Source: Minisyncoccota bacterium
GTDB taxonomy: Bacteria; Patescibacteriota; Minisyncoccia; Phycocordibacterales; UBA9973
DNA length: 64,000 nucleotides
Assembly: GCA_942491275.1 (NCBI GenBank)
Contig: CALNZI010000006.1
Location: 73,899-137,898, forward strand
Direction of reading: 5' to 3'
Shown here piece by piece: positions 56,491-63,362 of the stretch. Every line of letters begins with the position of its first letter. Within the stretch, counting starts at the first letter, position 1. Under the pieces are notes generated by a model that was given only the letters and a program-made list of their open reading frames with translations, ran no database searches and had not been told where the DNA came from. A program made the position numbers and the translations under genes.

Positions 56491-56967
56491 TTAACCAAAT
56501 ATTTTATCAACAAAAATTCCAACAAAATAAGTTATAATTATAACAATAACAGCGATCAATAAATGCTCAAAAACAACACTCCAGGGTTTAATGCCATTTA
56601 ATTTTGAAATATAAAAATTAAATACACAGAGTAATGATAAGCCCCAAATAATACTAATTATAATGGCTGTTGGTAAACTAAAAATAAAAAGTGGAATAAG
56701 AAAAGTCAGAGCAACAACAAACTTAAAAAAGAAAGTCGAAATTGTTGCCTCCCAAACCTCCTTATGGTTGTGTCCATTTTTGGACTCTTCTGAAATATGA
56801 ATACCCAAAGCATCGGATAAAGCATCTGCAATGGCAATGGTGATAACACCGCCAATAATAACAGTTGCTGAGTGAGTGCCAGAGTACAGGCCAATCATTA
56901 AACCTAGAGTGGTTATTACTCCGGAAGATAGTCCAAAACCAAATCCAGTTTTTATCGATTGCTTCAT
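56491..56967 (-). CDS. VIT1/CCC1-family-like membrane protein (metal transporter-like)
   Basis: 158 aa, polytopic. The GLSSGVITTLGLMIGL-type N-terminal helix is typical of the VIT family. Confidence 0.5.
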   Translation of the reverse strand: MKQSIKTGFGFGLSSGVITTLGLMIGLYSGTHSATVIIGGVITIAIADALSDALGIHISEESKNGHNHKEVWEATISTFFFKFVVALTFLIPLFIFSLPTAIIISIIWGLSLLCVFNFYISKLNGIKPWSVVFEHLLIAVIVIIITYFVGIFVDKIFG

Positions 56968-56987
56968 AAATGTGATATTATCTTATC

Positions 56988-57911
56988 ATGAAAAAGAAAG
57001 ACCCACAAACAACAGATAAGATTATTGTTATCCTTGGTCAAACTTCCACAGGAAAGAGTGATTTTGCTGTTGAAATAGCCAAGAAAGTAAATGGGGAGAT
57101 TATTTCCGCTGATTCAAGACAAGTTTACAAAGGAATGAATCTTGGAACAGGTAAAATTACAAAAAAAGAAATGCGCAAGATGAAACATCATTTACTTGAT
57201 GTTGCTTCTCCCAAGAGAGTATTCTCTGTTAGTGACTTTGTTAAACTTGGTAACAAAAAAATAAAAGACATTCTAAAACGGGGGAAAGTTCCAATCATTT
57301 GCGGTGGAACTGGATTTTATATTGACAGCTTAATAAATGGTTCAACTTTCCCCGAAGTACCCCCAAATAAAAAACTTCGATCTCAACTTAAAAAGAAAAC
57401 TGTTACAGAACTTTTTAAGATATTAAAAAAGCTAGATAAAAATAGATCTCGAACAATTGACCCACAAAATAAAGTCCGTCTAATTCGAGCTATCGAAATA
57501 GCCCAAACCCTCGGCAAAACTCCAAATCTTGCCAAGGACCGTCCTTGGCAAGATTTAGCCTTAAAAATTGGGCTTGTTTTACCTCCTGAAGTTTTGAAGA
57601 AAAAAATTAATACTCGATTACTTTCTCGCATTAAAAAAGGAATGTTAAAAGAGATTCAAAAACTTCACGAAAGTAGTTTATCTTGGAAAAGAATGCATGA
57701 ACTAGGACTTGAATATCGATACGGAGCTCTTTATCTTCAAAATAAAATTAGTAAGGAGGAAATGATAGAAAAAATAAATACTAAAACTTGGCATTACGCC
57801 AAACGACAAAAAACTTGGTTCAAACGAGACCAAAATACAATTTGGATTGATCCTCGTAAAAAAAGTGAGATAAATAAAGTTCAGAAAGAGATAAAGAGGT
57901 TTTTAAACTAA
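56988..57911 (+). CDS. miaA: tRNA dimethylallyltransferase
   Basis: 307 aa. P-loop GQTSTGKSDFAVEIA, SADSRQVYKGMNLGT, CGGTGFY. Confidence 0.9.
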   Translation: MKKKDPQTTDKIIVILGQTSTGKSDFAVEIAKKVNGEIISADSRQVYKGMNLGTGKITKKEMRKMKHHLLDVASPKRVFSVSDFVKLGNKKIKDILKRGKVPIICGGTGFYIDSLINGSTFPEVPPNKKLRSQLKKKTVTELFKILKKLDKNRSRTIDPQNKVRLIRAIEIAQTLGKTPNLAKDRPWQDLALKIGLVLPPEVLKKKINTRLLSRIKKGMLKEIQKLHESSLSWKRMHELGLEYRYGALYLQNKISKEEMIEKINTKTWHYAKRQKTWFKRDQNTIWIDPRKKSEINKVQKEIKRFLN

Positions 57912-58042
57912 CGGGCGATGGAGGACCGTGAGTGCACTTATCGCCTATTACATAGGCAGGTACTTTTCCGCCGAGCTGTCGCTCGTATGGAAAAATCTTT
58001 CGATTCCTCCACGTAAGCAAAGCAGTTTGCTTTATATCGCCC
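57912..58042 (-). ncRNA. candidate structured RNA with a tRNA-Trp-like acceptor/T-stem frame (unclassified)
   Basis: 66/131 G+C. Six nested helices found by hand. The terminal 7-bp stem and 3' strand are identical to tRNA-Trp. One G-U pair favours the minus strand. Strand and function are uncertain. Confidence 0.45.
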
Positions 58043-58070
58043 AACAAAAAAAGCTTTCGCTTTTTTTCTT

Positions 58071-58161
58071 TGCGGGCTGTAAAAATCTGGAGTGGAACAC
58101 TATTGAAAATATGATTCTAAAATGGAATGGTGTATTTGAGGGGTTTGAGCTAATGAGTTGA
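58071..58161. repeat. copy A of a 91-bp direct repeat (81/91 identical to 59865-59955), with a degenerate ~80-nt extension
   Basis: Base-by-base alignment at offset 1794 with no indels in the core. Confidence 0.9.
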
Positions 58162-58256
58162 AGTGTTAAATGAGGTTTATGTTGTAATGCTATTTGTATT
58201 TAAAAGATTGATTAAATTACCTATGAATTTATAGAACCTTAAGTTTTACTTTGTAA

Positions 58257-58285
58257 ATAAAAAAAACCGCACTTGAAGTGCGGTT
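58257..58285 (-). terminator. intrinsic terminator of the 449-aa gene
   Basis: aaccgcac/gtgcggtt stem (58265-58285), followed on the minus strand by TTTTTTTTATTT. Confidence 0.75.
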
Positions 58286-58316
58286 AGTTTTTTAATTAAC
58301 ACAATTTTTTATCTTT

Positions 58317-59666
58317 CTACACCAATGACATCATCATTGTATAGTCACGAGCTAATTGAGTAGAACGAATTAGTCGTTTAGTAGTATCAGCTTCAATTTT
58401 ATAAAACTGAACCATAGCTGTTTGATGAGTTGGATTACCACCTTTCCATTCATTTTCTGGATCAGTAACAAAATAATAAGCATTAGCTTCCGGTGGTGCA
58501 ATAGCCTGAATTTCATTAATATCAAACTTAAAGAAACCATGATAACCACCAACGGTGGTACGAAATAAAATAGGATCACCCATTTTATCAATTTTGGTTA
58601 TTTTATACTCCGGTTCCCATGTATCTAATCTTGCTCCAACTTTTGGATACTGAGTAAACCATTGCTCATCAATTTGTACTAAACCTCTTAACCCTAAAGT
58701 AATTTGTCCATTAACAGGTTGCAACAATTTATTCCAGTGTTTTTTTAACAACTGACAAGCATCAGGGCCTGATTGAATGTTTGATATTATCTGCTCTCCA
58801 GATTTAATACCAATTAGACGAACACCATTATTCCATTCATGAGAGTCTACATCTAATACTAAGCTTTCATTTCCACCACTATGATGTAAATTAACTAATC
58901 GTCCAGTAGAAATCAAATGAGCCAAAGCATGACCTGTTTCAATTTTTGTATACCGGTAATTGCAATTCGAAGCATCACCCACTGTAATAATAAATGGATC
59001 TGAACTTTCGGCACCTGCTTCTCTGTGTTTTTTACGACGACCATCAAGGAACTCAATATGAACATCTTCCGGAATATTGTATTTATTCTCCGGATTAATT
59101 CCAGCTTGTTCTCGATGCCAAGCACGAGCGGCATCAACATGAACTTGAACATATTGTTCTGTTTGTGGACCAAAACGCGCCTTAAGTAATGGATCAACAA
59201 TGGCTTGTGAAGCTCTTAGAGTTTGGATAAAAGAATACTGGTATAGAGAATTATATTTATTGAAATCAATAACTTCAATTTCTCCATATTTACCACTTTC
59301 CAAATCCCATAATTCTTGCTGGGTAATACGACCACCATTCCTAGAACGAGTTTTGTCTTTGTATTCCCAACTATAAGCTTTCTGTATGCCTTGTAAATCA
59401 TACATAGGGCCAATTCCGTGAGCGACAATAATTATTTTATTGCCTTGCTTGGTGTAACCTACATACTCAGCAGTTAGCGAAGTGTAGTAAGTTTCCCATG
59501 GTTCCTCTCCAGGTCTAGTTTTTACTCTGGATGAAATAACATCTGGCATGGTTGCAATCCGGCCATTTTTGCCTGCAAATTGCATAGCTTGTTTCCAAGC
59601 TGCTGGTAACCCATCTTGATGGTAAAAAGCCATCGCTCCAGCATTTTTTTTTGTTTGTGTTGTCAT
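58317..59666 (-). CDS. orphan hypothetical protein (449 aa), soluble, His-rich patches
   Basis: Track ORF. Strong SD AAGGAGGAAAAG 4 nt before the ATG (reverse complement of 59671-59682), plus its own promoter-like element and terminator. No family recognised. Confidence 0.7.
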   Translation of the reverse strand: MTTQTKKNAGAMAFYHQDGLPAAWKQAMQFAGKNGRIATMPDVISSRVKTRPGEEPWETYYTSLTAEYVGYTKQGNKIIIVAHGIGPMYDLQGIQKAYSWEYKDKTRSRNGGRITQQELWDLESGKYGEIEVIDFNKYNSLYQYSFIQTLRASQAIVDPLLKARFGPQTEQYVQVHVDAARAWHREQAGINPENKYNIPEDVHIEFLDGRRKKHREAGAESSDPFIITVGDASNCNYRYTKIETGHALAHLISTGRLVNLHHSGGNESLVLDVDSHEWNNGVRLIGIKSGEQIISNIQSGPDACQLLKKHWNKLLQPVNGQITLGLRGLVQIDEQWFTQYPKVGARLDTWEPEYKITKIDKMGDPILFRTTVGGYHGFFKFDINEIQAIAPPEANAYYFVTDPENEWKGGNPTHQTAMVQFYKIEADTTKRLIRSTQLARDYTMMMSLV

Positions 59667-59740
59667 AGAACTTTTCCTCCTTTTCCCCGATTAGGGGTTT
59701 TATGGTTTATAACCTAACTTCATGTTAGATCTTTACTCAA

Positions 59741-59769
59741 AGATTACAACAAAATACTAAGGATGTCAA
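59741..59769 (-). promoter_or_regulatory. sigma70-like promoter candidate TTGACA-17-TAATCT for the 449-aa gene
   Basis: Minus strand: TTGACA (59769-59764), a 17-nt spacer, then TAATCT (59746-59741). The ~70-nt leader has two small hairpins. Confidence 0.4.
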
Positions 59770-59864
59770 TTTAATAAAAACTTAAATTAAGACACTACAA
59801 GAAAGTGTTCCATTACTCCACCAAGCAACAAAAAATCACCATTACAAAATATGGCCTATTTAAA

Positions 59865-59955
59865 ATGCGGACTGTAAAATTCTAGAATGGAACACTATAG
59901 AGAGTATGATTCTAAAATGGAATGGTGTATTTGAAGGGTTTGAGCTAATGAATTA
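59865..59955. repeat. copy B of the 91-bp direct repeat
   Basis: See copy A. Degenerate similarity continues to about 60040. Confidence 0.9.
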
Positions 59956-60103
59956 ATTAAAAGATTGAGCTTTGTTTTGTAATGTTTATTTAAATAAAGA
60001 AAGTTTTGTTTATTACCTATTGAATAATAGAACTATAATAAAGAAGTATAGAGATAAAAAAAGCTACACACAATAAGTATGCAGCTTTTATTTAAATTTA
60101 ACT

Positions 60104-60505
60104 TCATTTATTAAATCCAACTTTCCATTTTTTCTTATGAGAAACAAAAAGATTATATGAATACCCTATACTAAATCCAATAAAGAGTAAAATATGAATA
60201 CTCATATTGTGATCTTCTTTGTTGATTCCTTCAGAGAAGAAAATTTTAATAGCTAAAAGTTCTAAAAGATGCAATAAGCTAATAAGGATAACAACTCCTA
60301 ATGCTACGAATATCCAATAATCTACTTTTGTCGTTGATAATCTTTGTGCGATTCTTTCAGTGAATCTACACAGAACACCAACTAGATAGTAAAAAAGAAT
60401 TATTTCAGAGTCAACGAGGCTAATTCCAATTAAATGGTAAGGGACAATAATAATAACTGTCGTTATTATTATTCCAAAAATGAATAGTAATAGATTTGTT
60501 TTCAT
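60104..60505 (-). CDS. hypothetical polytopic membrane protein (133 aa)
   Basis: Track ORF with about 4 hydrophobic helices. Does not look like SecE. Confidence 0.5.
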   Translation of the reverse strand: MKTNLLLFIFGIIITTVIIIVPYHLIGISLVDSEIILFYYLVGVLCRFTERIAQRLSTTKVDYWIFVALGVVILISLLHLLELLAIKIFFSEGINKEDHNMSIHILLFIGFSIGYSYNLFVSHKKKWKVGFNK

Positions 60506-60663
60506 GTTTTCAAAGATTAAGTTGTTTTTATAAAATTTTACTAAGTTCTCTTAATTTCCATAAAGAAACTAGGAGAACCTAATAAAAAATAACAATTTAA
60601 TCTAAATATCAAAGAACCTATATACTACAAACAATAGCATATAAATAGGCATATGTCAAGATG

Positions 60664-60734
60664 CGGGCGATGGAGGAATCGAACCCCCGACATCGGTTTT
60701 GGAGACCGAAGTTATACCATTTAACTAATCGCCC
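60664..60734 (-). tRNA. tRNA-Trp (CCA)
   Basis: Manual fold: GGGCGAU/AUCGCCC acceptor stem, anticodon arm UCGGU-CUCCAAA-ACCGA, T arm GGGGG-UUCGAUU-CCUCC, discriminator G. No encoded CCA. Confidence 0.9.
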
Positions 60735-60792
60735 AATTACAACAAAATCCGCCTATGCGGATTATTGTACCAAACAAAAAGATAAAAAGGAA

Positions 60793-60951
60793 TTATTTCT
60801 TAGCCTCTTTGTGCTTGGTATTAGTCTTACACCATTTGCAAAATTTCTTAAGCTCGACTTTTTTAGTGACGAGTTTTTTGTTTTTACTTGACCAATAGTT
60901 GATCTTTTTACAATCACCACAGGCTAATTTGAAAAGTCTATCTTGTGACAT
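60793..60951 (-). CDS. rpmG: 50S ribosomal protein L33
   Basis: Manual translation: MSQDRLFKLACGDCKKINYWSSKNKKLVTKKVELKKFCKWCKTNTKHKEAKK* (52 aa, CxxC..CxxC L33 pattern). Absent from the ORF track, probably below its length cutoff; the plus-strand track ORF 60661-60891 here is spurious. Confidence 0.9.
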   Translation of the reverse strand: MSQDRLFKLACGDCKKINYWSSKNKKLVTKKVELKKFCKWCKTNTKHKEAKK

Positions 60952-60997
60952 AGTGGGTATAGAATACTATAAAACATTCTAAAAAGCAACATTTCCT

Positions 60998-62131
60998 TTA
61001 ACTTACAATCCTAGGTAATAATGGGTTAATTTGAGTAGTTACTTCGTAATTAATGGAATTCATTTTTTTAGCCAACTGCTCAGAAGTAATTCTATTTTTA
61101 ACTTGCTCTCCCAAAAGAACCACTTCATCCTCCACTTGAACGTCTTTAATACTAGAAACATCAACAACAATCATATTCATGGCTACTCTTCCTAAAATTT
61201 TAGCTTTCTTCCCTTTAATTAAAACTTCCCCATTATTAGAAAGCGATCGGGTTAGACCATCGGCATAACCCTGAGGAATAACTGCAATTTTAGTTTTCTT
61301 TTTAGTTATGTGAGTTAATCCATATCCAATGGGATGATTGGATGGAAGTATCTTAATTTGAGCAATATGAGAAATCCAACGCAAAGATGGCTTTAGAGTA
61401 ATTTCTTTTTTATTTAAATATTCCAAATGATCACTTGGCCACATACCATAGAGTCCAATGCCTAATCGAACAATACTATGGAGGTTATTCCCCTTTTCAT
61501 ATATTAATATTCCCGAAGTGGCTGAAATGTGTGTTTTTGTTTTAGGAAAACCATTTTCTCTAAAAATTTCTACACAACCATGATAAGTATCAATTTGTTT
61601 TTGAGCATGAGTAAAATTCATAGTATCTTCAATATTCGAAAAATGAGAATAAACTCCATCCAGAATAATATTTTTCATTTTCTTTATTTCTGGAATAACC
61701 TTCTCTACCTGGTTGGGCATGACCCCTTCTCTCCCCAGATATGAATCTATAGCTAAATGAACTTTAACTTTTCTTTTCAATTTTCCTGCAATTTTATTAA
61801 TTCTTAAAAGATGAACTAAATCAAAAGCAGAAATAATTGCTTTACTTTTTATTGCTTTTCTTATCCCCTCCTCATTTAAATAACCAAAAACTAAAATAGG
61901 TTTTTTTGTAAATTTTTGAATACTTTCTAATTCTTCAATACTATCAACTTGAAAATAATCAACGTGGGAATTTAGAATTTTAACAACTTCTTTATCTCCA
62001 TGACCATAGGCGTTAGATTTCACAACTCCCGCAATTTGTGATTTCTTTCCCAATAATCTTCGAAATTGCTTAATATTATGTATTAAGTTCTTTTTTGAAA
62101 TTTCTATGTATGAAAGTAATAAGTTCCTCAT
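60998..62131 (-). CDS. alr: alanine racemase
   Basis: 377 aa. PLP-lysine motif VVKSNAYGHG and a C-terminal beta domain with the Y of YGL. Confidence 0.9.
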   Translation of the reverse strand: MRNLLLSYIEISKKNLIHNIKQFRRLLGKKSQIAGVVKSNAYGHGDKEVVKILNSHVDYFQVDSIEELESIQKFTKKPILVFGYLNEEGIRKAIKSKAIISAFDLVHLLRINKIAGKLKRKVKVHLAIDSYLGREGVMPNQVEKVIPEIKKMKNIILDGVYSHFSNIEDTMNFTHAQKQIDTYHGCVEIFRENGFPKTKTHISATSGILIYEKGNNLHSIVRLGIGLYGMWPSDHLEYLNKKEITLKPSLRWISHIAQIKILPSNHPIGYGLTHITKKKTKIAVIPQGYADGLTRSLSNNGEVLIKGKKAKILGRVAMNMIVVDVSSIKDVQVEDEVVLLGEQVKNRITSEQLAKKMNSINYEVTTQINPLLPRIVS

Positions 62132-62184
62132 ATATTCTATATTCTAGCATTTTAATCATATTTTGGTATACTAACCATATCCTT

Positions 62185-62266
62185 GCCGGAGTGGCGGAAT
62201 TGGTAGACGCGCACGACTCAAAATCGTGTCTCGCAAGGGGTGAGAGTTCGATTCTCTCCTCCGGCA
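62185..62266 (+). tRNA. tRNA-Leu (CAA)
   Basis: Manual fold: GCCGGAG/CUCCGGC acceptor stem, anticodon arm CACGA-CUCAAAA-UCGUG, long variable arm, T arm GAGAG-UUCGAUU-CUCUC. Confidence 0.9.
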
Positions 62267-62270
62267 CAAT

Positions 62271-62304
62271 AAAAAAACACAAATAAATTTATTTGTGTTT
62301 TTTT
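62271..62304. terminator. bidirectional intrinsic terminator
   Basis: Palindrome cacaaataaatttatttgtg flanked by A7 and T7. Sits between tRNA-Leu (+) and murB (-). Confidence 0.7.
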
Positions 62305-63343
62305 ACATCATCTCTGGCTCTTGTTCAAGGGTTATTCCAAACTTATCTTGAATTATGTTAATTATTTCATTTTTAACTTTCATTAAATCGTCCTTTGTGG
62401 CTTCTCCATTATTTATTAAGACTAAAGCATTATTTTTATAAACAGAAATTTTTCCAAATGATTTACCTTTTAATCCAGCTTTATCTATCAGCCAGCCGGC
62501 AGGAATTTTAACTGTTTTTTCATCTATAGGAAAAGTTGGTAGATCTAAATATTTATTTTTTAATTCTATAGCTATATCTTTTTTAACAATTGGATTTTTA
62601 AAAAACGAACCCACATTTGGTATTTCTTCTGGATTAGGAAGTTTAGTATTACGAATAGCTATAATTGCATTACGAATATCTTTTAACCCTGGCTCATCAA
62701 TATTATTCTCTATAAAATATTTTTCTACACCGGGATATTCAGGAATTTTTATTAAATCCTTATGAAGTCTATAAACTACTGACATTATGATATATTTACC
62801 CTTAGCTTCATTCTTAAAAATACTATTTCTATATTTAAATTCACAGTCTTTATTTGAAAGAATTAATATTTCTTTATTTTTAATGGCAAAAACCCGAATC
62901 TCTAAAATAGTATCACTAACTTCAGCCCCATAGGCCCCCACATTCTGTACAGGTGTAGCCCCCACAGTCCCCGGAATAGAGGAAAGTGCCTCCAGTCCAG
63001 ACAAATCCATCCCCACAGTTCTTTCAACTATTTTATCCCAATTTTCACCTGCTCCTATTTTAATATCTACGTAATCATTTGTTTCTTTTAGGAGTTCAAA
63101 TCCCTTAATTTCTATTTTGACAGCAAGGACATTTAATACTCCTTCAGAGAAAATCATATTGGAACCTCCCCCTAGAATAAAAAGTTTAATTTTATTTTGT
63201 TCTGAAAATTTATAAATCTCAAATAAATCATCCTCACTTTCAACAATTGTAAAATAACGAAATTTCCCGCCTATTTTTAAGGTCGTATAACTTTTGATAT
63301 CCACATTTTCTTTTATCTTCATTATTGCAATTATATCATACAT
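62303..63343 (-). CDS. murB: UDP-N-acetylenolpyruvoylglucosamine reductase
   Basis: 346 aa. YTTLKIGG, ILGGGSN, and a C-terminal GxSxGKISVYKNNALVLIN pattern. The start may be MKIKEN (ATG 63322). Confidence 0.9.
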   Translation of the reverse strand: MYDIIAIMKIKENVDIKSYTTLKIGGKFRYFTIVESEDDLFEIYKFSEQNKIKLFILGGGSNMIFSEGVLNVLAVKIEIKGFELLKETNDYVDIKIGAGENWDKIVERTVGMDLSGLEALSSIPGTVGATPVQNVGAYGAEVSDTILEIRVFAIKNKEILILSNKDCEFKYRNSIFKNEAKGKYIIMSVVYRLHKDLIKIPEYPGVEKYFIENNIDEPGLKDIRNAIIAIRNTKLPNPEEIPNVGSFFKNPIVKKDIAIELKNKYLDLPTFPIDEKTVKIPAGWLIDKAGLKGKSFGKISVYKNNALVLINNGEATKDDLMKVKNEIINIIQDKFGITLEQEPEMM

Positions 63344-63362
63344 GAGATATAATTGGCAACAT

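Noticed and set aside
57820-58161. Track ORFs 57928-58161 (+) and 57820-58047 (-) across the GC-rich element.
   Set aside because: They run straight through a segment that is better explained by nested RNA helices and a tRNA-derived sequence. They have no SD, and their sequences are implausible.
58071-59955. DGR-like template/variable repeat pair. All 10 mismatches between the 91-bp repeats involve an adenine in one copy.
   Set aside because: No reverse transcriptase gene is in the window. The A-containing allele is split 7:3 between the copies rather than confined to one template. The repeats are not at the 3' end of a credible target gene, and similarity continues with indels beyond the core. 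Ordinary A/G transitions in a C-poor sequence are a sufficient explanation.
57912-60677. Integron-like cassette array (gene plus recombination site, repeated).
   Set aside because: There is no IntI-type integrase or attI. There are only two units. The repeats are direct 91-bp sequences, not attC-type imperfect palindromes. Each gene has its own promoter-like element.
60661-60891. Track ORF 60661-60891 (+), and ORFs 62076-62282 (-) and 62095-62286 (+).
   Set aside because: They are read through the tRNA-Trp/rpmG and tRNA-Leu genes respectively. The tRNA folds and the L33 reading frame on the opposite strand explain the sequence.
1389-61744. Many 60-150-aa track ORFs lying antisense inside conserved genes, for example 1389-1805, 2752-2979, 7260-7460, 16316-16765, 17126-17413, 27575-27823, 31366-31710, 43781-44014, 45199-45468, 57383-57631, 58370-59428 and 61529-61744.
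   Set aside because: They are fully nested in, or overlap, strongly supported genes on the other strand or in another frame. They have low-complexity, AT-codon-driven composition and no SD or motifs. These are typical shadow ORFs of an AT-rich genome.
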